Positions 18,601 to 26,617 of a DNA stretch of 64,000 bases are shown here, piece by piece. The stretch's first letter is position 1. Every line of letters starts with the position of its first letter. A program made the position numbers and the translations under genes. Source of the stretch: Candidatus Woesearchaeota archaeon (lineage in GTDB: Archaea > Nanobdellota > Nanobdellia > Pacearchaeales > GW2011-AR1); assembly GCA_964413095.1 (NCBI GenBank), contig CAYPRJ010000002.1, forward strand, positions 563-64,562. Direction: 5' to 3'. Under the pieces are notes generated by a model. That model was not told the DNA's origin and searched no databases. It saw only the letters and a list, made by a program, of their open reading frames with translations.

Positions 18601-19772
18601 GGGAATCTGTAGGTGTTAATCCAGAAAATAATTATGAAAATGTTCCTGAAGTTACTGATGGAGAATATTTTAATGGAGGAAGAGTTTTCGCAAAAACTCA
18701 TATTTTTGACAAAAGGCTTCCAGGAATTGATGAAGCAGAAAGTGTAAGTGGAAACCCTGGAAACAGAGAAGGAGATTTAAACATGTATGTGAGATGCATA
18801 GATTATGGGCAAGGCAATGATGGTGCTGGGAACTTCAATATTGAAGAATATGTAATTAACATTTGCATAACAGACAGACCTGATGAAGAAATTGCAACAA
18901 TAAATAAGTATCTTCCTAGTTCTGGTTCTTACATACCTTATGGAAAAAATGAATCTTCCCTACAAATTTATTTAAGTGAACCAGCTAGTTGTAGTTGGAG
19001 TGAAAAAGATGAGGGTTATGAAGAAATGAAGCCTTTTACGCTTTGTGAAGATAATTATAACAAATGTTCTTCAGGCATAAATTGTAAATGCTCAACTCTT
19101 CTTTCAGAATTAACACAAGAAGAAAATAAGATTTATATTAAATGTAAGGATACAAATGGTAATATAAATTTACAATCTTTTGAATATATAATAAAAGCTA
19201 CCCAAAGTCCTTTAGAAATAACATCAACTTCTCCTGAAGGTAAAATTAAAAGAGGTGGAACAGAAGGGGCAGTAGAATTAACAGCTACAACTTCAGGAGG
19301 AGCATATAATGGTAAATCAATATGTAGATATAAATTTATAAGGGGCTCTAATTTTGAGGGCTTAGGAGATGAATTTTATAATACTAATTCTACAAATCAT
19401 AAACAAGTATTTACAGAAGGACTTCCAGATGGAGATTATACTATATTAACAGAATGTAAAGATGAAGCTGACAATAAAGCTCAAAAAAATATTACTTTTA
19501 CTTTGGAGGTCGATGACTCCCCCCCAGTTGTGGTGAGAGCTTATAAAGATGGAGGAAACTTAAAATTAATAACAGATGAAAATGCAAGATGTTATTATTC
19601 TTTTAAAGATTGTAATTTTGGTTTTGATGATGAAGATGTAACTTCAATGACAACTGCTTTATCAAAAGAACACAGTGCAAAATGGATTGGTGGGAAAAAT
19701 TATTATGTTAAATGCGAAGATGCATGGGAGACAAGAAATTCCGGTTGTGCTATAAAAATTTCTACTGCTTAA
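15636..19772 (+). CDS. cassette A, gene 2: giant (1378 aa) cysteine-rich membrane/surface protein, no recognised family
   Basis: ATGA overlap with gene 1. N-terminal TM/signal; Cys-rich region (YCCEK, SCESTSYCKLGVCV, KCKTGCC, LGDCGGY). Central Gly/Ala/Thr-rich hydrophobic block (17914-18190). Then ECNAW...C.LCN...LPCNEYRCHSLGEGC and four ~100-aa repeats with conserved Cys pairs (EPASCSWS...YIKCKD..GN), ending PPVVVRAY...YYVKCED. Confidence 0.7.
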   Translation: MMLKKSLKKKKEMTLIAVVIFQIFLLAMLVPANSYSINQITNSKNSISEKEKNDKHLLGNLGNFLINLISIKQIGTVSAETTYCCEKRKDGEGGGWCIAVDDSSKCDGEYGSSPTSCESTSYCKLGVCVYEETGECTSNSIKAACEEEGGIWEDGTSEEVDKCKTGCCTLNDGTEKKFVSKVKCDYLGGDSFDTSVAQGDCVISSQDMGACALDNNGCEFVTEETCDEYDGIYYHGYLCTHPDLNTICKKPEDKSDIETVCYEGRVHFIDSCQQIANVYDMNKWNKESYWETFMDPSSSSICGSDENEGNIKDDACGNCKYPYLSICTDADEVEDASPEQGNYICKDLSCGEVDGEVRNNAESWCVFENYVGTFTKETTPTNEGIELDTNDALGLRERQAIWKALVTLEHKFSSWENARDSKHQYPGGAMVSKWINWLEDSEENGGVGFTEGTGKAFMEKAIQEKTAILPENMSFSADTVGSSHWIKTCSNGEVITEPCGGNSYRGNICVDMTDEGSSFSEAKCVVNDGYECLRLNEELEPYEWTEKGESMINPEETKAKNKEICEENIDYPNCRLQSIATDYYFLFDVCVPEFPMGLGFWDTTEETMNGICSIATTTCTTTWERGFDRKWSCIGNCGCLSQEFANQMNDLCVSLGDCGGYINYNKDYTGSVKDGFETFDISVLEGTRPKHILKEYGQEFTADGDISEARKEIYEGIIGKTEDNRESNLPSLNAAQKAIIEEISAQIGETEKEFLSPWKLVGAGAAVAAAITGAIITTAIVAAVPGLTIAFSITAATLSAITGGLYTALTGTLAATAASTAPVPFIGWFIAAAAALTAAFIALWTFIGGVGDTKEVEVEFECNAWKAPQASEEQCELCNNDPDGLPCNEYRCHSLGEGCRIIGEDELYENETTVCYYAGEGDNTAPYIMKDSIEGDYQFITDNLPENVDLQIKKSNTECIQENSKISFKLKTTDGGGGEDEYAVCAYNWESVGVNPENNYENVPEVTDGEYFNGGRVFAKTHIFDKRLPGIDEAESVSGNPGNREGDLNMYVRCIDYGQGNDGAGNFNIEEYVINICITDRPDEEIATINKYLPSSGSYIPYGKNESSLQIYLSEPASCSWSEKDEGYEEMKPFTLCEDNYNKCSSGINCKCSTLLSELTQEENKIYIKCKDTNGNINLQSFEYIIKATQSPLEITSTSPEGKIKRGGTEGAVELTATTSGGAYNGKSICRYKFIRGSNFEGLGDEFYNTNSTNHKQVFTEGLPDGDYTILTECKDEADNKAQKNITFTLEVDDSPPVVVRAYKDGGNLKLITDENARCYYSFKDCNFGFDDEDVTSMTTALSKEHSAKWIGGKNYYVKCEDAWETRNSGCAIKISTA

Positions 19773-19843
19773 TTTAAAATGACTCGCTAATTAGTATTTC
19801 TAGTGTTTATAAAATGTCCTTCACTGTTTTAAAAATAGCCTAT

Positions 19844-19936
19844 TTCATTCGCTAATAACAGGATAGAATTAATGCAAAACTGACAAAGATTAGTGATTAT
19901 TTGCGAGTAATCTGGGCAGACAGGCAAATTATTTTT
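19844..19936 (+). repeat. dispersed intergenic element, copy 1 (possible structured RNA)
   Basis: TTCATTCGCTAATAACAGGATAGAATTAATGC...TTATTTGCGAGTAATCTGGGCAGACAGGCAAATTATTTTT aligns with 25904-25995 at roughly two-thirds identity by eye. The TTCGC/GCGAG stem is retained or compensated in the other copies. Confidence 0.55.
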
Positions 19937-20248
19937 TAATTATAAATTTCACAGAAATACTCTAATACTTTTTTTGCAATTAATATACTACAAAAAATTT
20001 CTAGTTAAAAAAGAGTTTTAATTGATATTAATCATAATTAAAAGAATCTAATTTTGTGTTTATAATATTTATCAATATTTCTGCAATTAGATATTTTAGC
20101 TTACTAATACTTGCTTTCATATTTATGTAAAAGCTAATACAAATTAGAGTTTTCATTAATTAAAATTTATAATCAATTGTTAGCTTAGAGTTTATTAAAA
20201 CAAATGTAAAATTAGTTTATCTGAGTAAATACTATTTAAAGAAAAATG

Positions 20249-20256
20249 TTTATAAA
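20249..20256 (+). promoter_or_regulatory. putative archaeal TATA box (GAAAAATGTTTATAAA) for cassette B
   Basis: TTTATAAA lies 22 nt upstream of the ATG at 20278, the same spacing and flank as at cassette A. Confidence 0.45.
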
Positions 20257-20277
20257 CGAGAATTCCTTAAAAAAGAT

Positions 20278-21105
20278 ATGAATGGAAATTCAATAAAAAA
20301 AAGAGGAAATCAGAGATTTAATTATAAAAAAAATCTTATACAACAAAAACGAGGACAAGTTACTATTTTTATTATTATTGCTGTTATTGTTGTTGCATTA
20401 GGAGTTCTTGTTTATTTATTTTATCCTCAGATTAGAACAACTTTTGGAATTAGAGAAGAAACTCCGCAAAATTATATTGACTCTTGTTTAAATGAGAAAA
20501 TAAAAGAATCTGTTGAAATACTTTCTTTACAAGGTGGAAGTATAGAACCAGAAAATTATTTTTCTTATGCAGGAGAAAAAGTTGAATATTTATGTTACAC
20601 AAATGATTATTATGTTCCTTGTGTTGTTCAGCAACCTTTATTAAAACAACATATTGAGAGAGAAATAAAAAATTACATTGCTGAAGATGTTGTTAGTTGT
20701 TTTAATTCTCTTAAAAAAAATTATCAAAAAAAAGGTTATGATGTAAGTCTTACTTCAGGAAGTACAGAAGTTGAATTATTACCAGAAAAAATTGTAACGA
20801 GTTTTGAAAGGAAATTAACTTTAACAAAGCAAGAAACAGAAGTTTATGAAAACTTTGATGTAGTTTTAAACAATAATCTTTATGAACTTGTTAGTATAGC
20901 AAATAGTATTGTGACTTCAGAAACAGAAATTGGTGATACAGAAACAACAGCTTACATGAATTATTACCATTATTTAAAAGTTGAGAAGAAAAAGCAAAGT
21001 GACGGAACAACTATTTATATTATAACAAACAGAGATACAGGAAATAAATTTCAATTTGCTTCAAGGAGTATTGTATGGCCTCCTGGATATGGCATAACAA
21101 CTTAA
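20278..21105 (+). CDS. cassette B, gene 1: pilin-like protein with class III signal peptide (paralog of 14827-15639)
   Basis: QKRGQVTIFIIIAVIVVALGVLVYLF, plus the conserved blocks listed for cassette A gene 1. It ends in WPPGYGIT. Confidence 0.6.
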   Translation: MNGNSIKKRGNQRFNYKKNLIQQKRGQVTIFIIIAVIVVALGVLVYLFYPQIRTTFGIREETPQNYIDSCLNEKIKESVEILSLQGGSIEPENYFSYAGEKVEYLCYTNDYYVPCVVQQPLLKQHIEREIKNYIAEDVVSCFNSLKKNYQKKGYDVSLTSGSTEVELLPEKIVTSFERKLTLTKQETEVYENFDVVLNNNLYELVSIANSIVTSETEIGDTETTAYMNYYHYLKVEKKKQSDGTTIYIITNRDTGNKFQFASRSIVWPPGYGITT

Positions 21106-21106
21106 A

Positions 21107-22834
21107 ATGTTGAACAAAAAAACTGTGATAATTTTTGCAGGGATTTTTTTATTTTTAATAGCTGGAATTATTTCTGCACAAACAACTTCTTATTGTTGTG
21201 AGAAAACTGTTTCAGGAGCTTGGTGTCAAAATGCTCCTGAAGAAGAATGTAATCCTAGTTTTAGAAGCGTTCCAACATCTTGTGAAGCAACTTCTTATTG
21301 TAAGCTCGGAACTTGTGTAAATTCAGGAGAAGGAACTTGCATAAAAAATACTCCAAGAATTGTTTGTGAAAATGAAGAGGGAGTCTGGTATGAACAAGAT
21401 AAAGATGAACTTTCTCAGTGCCAGCTGGGATGTTGCTTGATGGGAGACCAAGCAGCTTATGTAACACAAACAAGATGCAAGAAATTATCTTCTATTTATG
21501 GTTTAGAAACAAATTTTCAAGCAAGCATTAAAAATGAATTAACATGTATTGCAAGTGCAACTCCTGATATTGAAGGAGCTTGTGTGATTGAAGAAGAAAC
21601 AGGAAGAACTTGCAGATTTATAACAAAAAAAGAATGTCAAGAAATTGGGGGAGATTTTAATGAAGGGTTTTTGTGTTCTGCTGAAGAACTGGGAGCTGAT
21701 TGTGGTCCAAGAGGTGGAACAACTTGTGTAGAAGGAAGAGACGCAGTTTATTTTTTAGATACATGCGGAAATTTGGCAAATGTTTATGATTATTCTTTGA
21801 TTGATGATACTGATTATTGGACTTATATTCAACCTCCTGAATGTGGAGATGGGGATGGAAATAAAAATTCTGAAACTTGTGGTTTATGTGATTATTATGC
21901 TGGAAGCACTTGTGGTGAAGGAAATGCAAAATACAAAAATTATATTTGCCAAGATTTAGGTTGTGAATGGGAAGGCGAAAAATATGAACATGGCGAATCA
22001 TGGTGTGTGAAAGCTAGTGCATCTGACACAGAATCAGAAGGACATAAACCTTTAGTTAGCTCAGGAGAAACAACAGAATTCAGTGATTTAGATTCTATTA
22101 GTTTAAACAATGCAGATAATATTCCAGGAAATAGAGATTTTAGACTTTTGTGCTATAATGGGGAAGTTATGGTTGAGCCTTGTGCTGATTATAGGCAAGA
22201 AGTTTGTGTTCAGGGAGAAGTTGGTTCAGGGAATAATGCATTTAAATCAGCTGTATGTAAAACAAATTTATGGAGAGATTGTTACAGCCAGGATAATAAA
22301 AAAGATTGTGAGAACACAGACAAGAGAGATTGTGTTTGGATTAAGGGTATAAGTATTTTAACAGGAGAGAATGGAGAGGAGCTAATTGTTAAAGAATCTG
22401 GAACTGGAGAAGATGCAAATGAAGAGTTAGTTGTAAAAGAAGAAGATGAAGAGGGGGTTGGTGCGTCTTGTGTTCCGAAGTATACTCCTGGATTTGACTT
22501 TTGGAAAGAAAATACAGAGGCAGCAGATTTATGCTCAATAGCAAGTGTAACATGTACTGCTTATTTTGAAAAAGGAGTTAGTGGAGAAATAGAGAGAGTT
22601 GTTACAACAGAAGAAGATTGGTTTGGAAAAAGAGAGGATGCAGAAATAGTCTGTTTTGATAAAAGCGGAGAATTAGTTGATGACTGGATTGAGAATAGAA
22701 TACATTTATGTTCTGCTCTTGGAGATTGTGGTCTGAGTGTAAATTATGTTGGAGGATATAGTTATTATGATAAAGAGGATCTTTATTCAATAATTGAAGA
22801 AGATGAAGAATCTTCAGAAAGCAGTTCAGAATAA
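21107..22834 (+). CDS. cassette B, gene 2: Cys-rich secreted/anchored protein, equivalent to the N-terminal ~45% of the 1378-aa protein
   Basis: Collinear with cassette A gene 2: YCCEK, SCEATSYCKLGTCV, QCQLGCC, YFLDTCGNLANVYD, NYICQDLGC, ESWCV and LGDCGLSVNY. Terminates about 20 aa after the LGDCG block with an acidic tail. Confidence 0.7.
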   Translation: MLNKKTVIIFAGIFLFLIAGIISAQTTSYCCEKTVSGAWCQNAPEEECNPSFRSVPTSCEATSYCKLGTCVNSGEGTCIKNTPRIVCENEEGVWYEQDKDELSQCQLGCCLMGDQAAYVTQTRCKKLSSIYGLETNFQASIKNELTCIASATPDIEGACVIEEETGRTCRFITKKECQEIGGDFNEGFLCSAEELGADCGPRGGTTCVEGRDAVYFLDTCGNLANVYDYSLIDDTDYWTYIQPPECGDGDGNKNSETCGLCDYYAGSTCGEGNAKYKNYICQDLGCEWEGEKYEHGESWCVKASASDTESEGHKPLVSSGETTEFSDLDSISLNNADNIPGNRDFRLLCYNGEVMVEPCADYRQEVCVQGEVGSGNNAFKSAVCKTNLWRDCYSQDNKKDCENTDKRDCVWIKGISILTGENGEELIVKESGTGEDANEELVVKEEDEEGVGASCVPKYTPGFDFWKENTEAADLCSIASVTCTAYFEKGVSGEIERVVTTEEDWFGKREDAEIVCFDKSGELVDDWIENRIHLCSALGDCGLSVNYVGGYSYYDKEDLYSIIEEDEESSESSSE

Positions 22835-22850
22835 GAAGAAAGTGGATAAA

Positions 22851-25655
22851 ATGGATAAAAAAGGAAAAGGAAGTTTAGCAATAAGCCAGATTTTAATTTT
22901 AATAGTAGGAATTATAGCAATAAGTTATGCTATTGGGAGTAGTGTTGGGGAAGTTAGTGGGCAAGGAACTAGTTTTAAATATGAGACTCAAACATCTGAT
23001 TGGAAGACATTAGAAGTTAAGACATATACTGTAGGACAAGAAGATGGCACTATAATTGTTAAATCAGATAGTGGAGATATAATAAGGAAGGATAACACAG
23101 GTTTTTATTTAGATAAAAATAATAATGAGAAAAAAGACCCTGGGGAAGATTACTTTCATCCTTGTTTTTATGATTTAGTTTATGGAAATTCTGAATCAAA
23201 ATACTGTGTTGGATCAGAGACAGAAGGAGCATATAAACAAAAAGCTCCAGAAGAAGAAATTCCTGAAGAAGAAAGTGAAACAGATTATTGGGCTACTAAA
23301 GATACACAAAGAGGACCTTCTAAAGAAATTGAAACAGAAACAGAACAATCCTCTGATGATTCTTCTACTAGTTTGCCTGCTGCATTTACTACTGCATATA
23401 GTACTTACCAAGCATTTGAAAGTGCAGTTGGGAAATTAAAAGGAATCGGAGATGCAGGAGAAACATCTTTAATTTGTGGGGAAGATATACCTCCCTCTGA
23501 TCCAAGGTGTCAGGGTAAAGAACCTGGAAGTGAAGCAACTCCTGCTGGAAAAACAGATGCAGGAAATATTGCAAAAGCAGTTGGAGGAGATCTTGTTGCT
23601 CAAACATTTGATGTGGGAAATGTTATAGGAAATCCTGAGAAAACTCTTGCAGATGCTATATCTACTGAAAAGTTACCTGGTGACAAAACAGAATATTTCT
23701 TTAAAGATGGTTCTTCAGTTATTCTTGATAAAAATAATAAAGTTACTCAAATAGATACTGGACTTCCTGTTAAAGGAACAATAGCTGGATCAGCTTTAGA
23801 AAATTGGTTTAATGCTAATTCAGCAGTAGCAAACAGTGTTGGGCATATAATAGATGGTGCAGTTATTGCAGGAGGAATGTTAATATTTAGAAAAGAGATT
23901 AAAGACTTGCTTGGTGGTATTTTTGGAGAAGAAGGAGAAGGATGGGCAAGAGGTTTATCTGTTGCACTACCTGTTGCAGTTTTTGGAGTTGAAACAACTG
24001 TGGGTTTATTAAAAAAAGGAGGTTTAATAGGTGGAACAACAGGCACTACTGCAGGAGGTTGGGCTATTGGGTTAGGAATAACAGCAGTAGTAACAGTTGT
24101 AACTTTTTTAGCACATTACAAAACTTATGACCAAAAAACAGTTGTGTTTGAATGCTTACCTTGGCAACCAGATACAGGAGGAGCAGATTGTGATAAATGT
24201 AACCAACAAGGAATTCTTCCATGCAGTGAATATCAATGCAGAAGCTTAGGACAAGGTTGTGAACTTTTAAATGACGAGGAAAGTGGAGAAGCTGTTTGTG
24301 TTTATGTTAGCAGAGATGATTCAGAATATCCGACAATAGAAGCTTGGGAAGATGTTTTAACAAGTGGATATGAATACTCTCCAGATAATGCAATTTCTCC
24401 TCCAGACAGAGGTGTTAAAATAATTAATCCTGAATCAAGTGATGGATGTATTCCTGCATTTACTGCATTAAACTTTGGAATAGAATTAAACGAGCCTGCT
24501 CAGTGTAAAATAGATACAACAAGAAAGCAATCTTATGAAGAAATGAGTTTCACTATGAGCAGTGGTTTGTTCAAAGAAGAACATATTTACTCTTTAAGTT
24601 TACCTTCTCCTTCATCTTTAGAAGCAGAAGGAATAGAAACTGAAGTAGGAGGAGAACAAAATTTATATGTAAGATGCCAGGACGCAAATGGAAATTCTAA
24701 TCCTGCAACATTTATATTTAAATTTTGTATAGAAGAAGGAGCTGACACAACACCTCCTTTGATAGTTTCAACTGACTTATTAAATAATATGCCTATTGCC
24801 TATAATCAGAGTACAATAAATTTAAATCTTTATGTGAATGAACCAGCAGAGTGTAGTTGGAGTCGCAATGACCAAGCTTACGAAAATATGGAAAATAAGA
24901 TGGGTTGTTCATTGGCTGATTCTGTAAATGACATGAATGCTCAGGGACTTTATACATGTACAACAACTTTAACAGGAATAAAAGACGGTTTAAACAATAA
25001 ATTTTATTTCAGATGTAAAGACCAGCCAAGTGCAGAAGAAAGTAATAGAAACACAAATGTAGAATCTTATGAATTCACAATAAAAGGAACTCAGCCATTA
25101 GCTATTACATCTTTGAGTCCAAATGGCACAACAATAAAAGACTCAACAACAGATGTTAAAGTTACTTTAGAAGCTGAAACTTCTGCTGGGTATAATAAAG
25201 GAGAAGCAACTTGTTATTATAAAGAATCAGATGAAGCTGAAAGTGCTTATTCTATGTTTTTAGAAACAGGAAGCTATCAACATAGCCATGAATTATGGCT
25301 TAAAACAGGAGAACACAGTTATGATATCAAATGTGTAGATTTAGGAGGAAATTCAGATTATGGGGAAATAACATTTGAAGTTGAAACAGATACAAATCCT
25401 CCTGTTGTTGTGAGAGCTTATCATGAAGATACATATTTAAAAATAATCACAGATGAAAAAGCAGAATGTGTTTATGATTTTGTTGATTGTAATTATGCTT
25501 TTGACGACGGATTATCCATGACTACTACAAATGATGTAAATCACTTCACAGAATGGAAAACAAACAGAAATTTCTACATTAAATGTAGAGATGAATATGG
25601 CAGAGAACCTCGCCCAGATGAGTGCAGTATAATAGCAAAACCTTTTCAAATTTAG
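22851..25655 (+). CDS. cassette B, gene 3: membrane protein, equivalent to the C-terminal half of the 1378-aa protein
   Basis: Own N-terminal TM (GSLAISQILILIVGIIAISYAIG); a unique Gly/Thr/Ala-rich region; a TM cluster. Then ECLPW..C.KCN..GILPCSEYQCRSLGQGC and four Cys-pair repeats (EPAECSWS, FYFRCKD), ending PPVVVRAY...FYIKCRD. I place the start at the ATG at 22851; the track start at 22794 is TTG and overlaps the upstream gene. Confidence 0.7.
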   Translation: MDKKGKGSLAISQILILIVGIIAISYAIGSSVGEVSGQGTSFKYETQTSDWKTLEVKTYTVGQEDGTIIVKSDSGDIIRKDNTGFYLDKNNNEKKDPGEDYFHPCFYDLVYGNSESKYCVGSETEGAYKQKAPEEEIPEEESETDYWATKDTQRGPSKEIETETEQSSDDSSTSLPAAFTTAYSTYQAFESAVGKLKGIGDAGETSLICGEDIPPSDPRCQGKEPGSEATPAGKTDAGNIAKAVGGDLVAQTFDVGNVIGNPEKTLADAISTEKLPGDKTEYFFKDGSSVILDKNNKVTQIDTGLPVKGTIAGSALENWFNANSAVANSVGHIIDGAVIAGGMLIFRKEIKDLLGGIFGEEGEGWARGLSVALPVAVFGVETTVGLLKKGGLIGGTTGTTAGGWAIGLGITAVVTVVTFLAHYKTYDQKTVVFECLPWQPDTGGADCDKCNQQGILPCSEYQCRSLGQGCELLNDEESGEAVCVYVSRDDSEYPTIEAWEDVLTSGYEYSPDNAISPPDRGVKIINPESSDGCIPAFTALNFGIELNEPAQCKIDTTRKQSYEEMSFTMSSGLFKEEHIYSLSLPSPSSLEAEGIETEVGGEQNLYVRCQDANGNSNPATFIFKFCIEEGADTTPPLIVSTDLLNNMPIAYNQSTINLNLYVNEPAECSWSRNDQAYENMENKMGCSLADSVNDMNAQGLYTCTTTLTGIKDGLNNKFYFRCKDQPSAEESNRNTNVESYEFTIKGTQPLAITSLSPNGTTIKDSTTDVKVTLEAETSAGYNKGEATCYYKESDEAESAYSMFLETGSYQHSHELWLKTGEHSYDIKCVDLGGNSDYGEITFEVETDTNPPVVVRAYHEDTYLKIITDEKAECVYDFVDCNYAFDDGLSMTTTNDVNHFTEWKTNRNFYIKCRDEYGREPRPDECSIIAKPFQI

Positions 25656-25903
25656 AGCTTTGGTGGATTCCTGTTTATTTTTTTATTTTATCACCTCTTT
25701 TTATGATACAAATTAAAATTGTAAAATTATAAATTAAACATCGTTGTTTCTTTATCAAATCTAAAGAATGTAAAATTTTTAACTATCTTTATTAAATCTA
25801 AAATCTATTTAGTTTATTCATTAAAATTCCGTCTTCTATGAGTATCTCTGATACTTATAAAGGGTATTCTTATTTTTCAATAACTTGGCTCACTTCATTC
25901 GCT

Positions 25904-25995
25904 ATTGATAATATAATTAATGCTAAAACCAACGAGGATTGCAGTTATTTGTGGATTAATTTGAGCCAATAGGCGAACTATTTTTCATTCAAAAA
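25904..25995 (+). repeat. dispersed intergenic element, copy 2
   Basis: TTCATTCGCTATTGATAATATAATTAATGCTAAAACC...GTTATTTGTGGATTAATTTGAGCCAATAGGCGAACTATTTTT occupies the same position (about 250 nt after the giant-gene stop, versus about 70 nt for copy 1) and the same orientation as copy 1. Confidence 0.55.
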
Positions 25996-26167
25996 ACTCA
26001 TCTGAGATAGTTCTATTAAATCTAAAATAATCTGTGAGGAACGAGTAGGAAATTAATAATTTCCCATGGTTTCATCAGAGCCTAATTTAGCTAATATTTT
26101 TAAATTATAGTTTTCTTTTTTATTGAAAGGAGGAAAAGTTTAAAAGTCTTAAAAGTTAGAAGAAAGC

Positions 26168-26371
26168 ATGGAACAAACCACTCTTGAATCAGTTCAAAAA
26201 GAGATAGAATCTCTAAAAAAATTAGTTATTGCTATGCAAGAAACTATTTCTGATTGTTTTTTAACAGCTGAAGAGGAAGAGAATCTTGAAAGAGGGTTGA
26301 AAGAACTTGAAAAAGGAGAAGCAGTTTCTCTTCAGGATTTAGAACTTGAAAGAAAAAATGTTAGAAATTAA
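26168..26371 (+). CDS. putative type II antitoxin (small helical protein upstream of RelE-like toxin)
   Basis: 67 aa; overlaps the downstream toxin gene; the C-terminal LERGLKELEKGEAVSLQDLE resembles addiction-module antitoxin tails. Confidence 0.45.
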   Translation: MEQTTLESVQKEIESLKKLVIAMQETISDCFLTAEEEENLERGLKELEKGEAVSLQDLELERKNVRN

Positions 26372-26612
26372 ACTCTCTAATATTTCTAAAAAATTTTTAA
26401 AAAAATGTGATGAAATTCTCTATAAGAGAATTATAAAAAAGATAAAAGAACTTGTTAAGCAACCATTTCCCCCTGATTCTGTGAGAATTATTAATAGGAA
26501 AGAAAGAGTATTTAGAGTGAGAATTGGAAGTTCTAGAATAATCTATGCTGTATTTAAAGAGAAAAATTTAATTTTTATTTCAGAAATAAATAAAAGAAGT
26601 AAAATCTATTAA
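26346..26612 (+). CDS. relE: RelE/ParE-family toxin (type II TA)
   Basis: 88 aa; ...VFRVRIGSSRIIYAVFKEKNLIFISEINKRSKIY matches the RelE/StbE core pattern (yR.RvGdYRiiY.i......i.i..i.hR...Y). Confidence 0.6.
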   Translation: MKEKMLEIKLSNISKKFLKKCDEILYKRIIKKIKELVKQPFPPDSVRIINRKERVFRVRIGSSRIIYAVFKEKNLIFISEINKRSKIY

Positions 26613-26617
26613 AAAGC

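Noticed and set aside
22794-22850. The track start (TTG) of the 953-aa ORF, which overlaps the end of the 575-aa gene.
   Set aside because: It is a non-ATG start inside the upstream coding region. The ATG at 22851 directly precedes the basic-plus-TM N-terminus, so I prefer it. This is not experimentally resolvable here.
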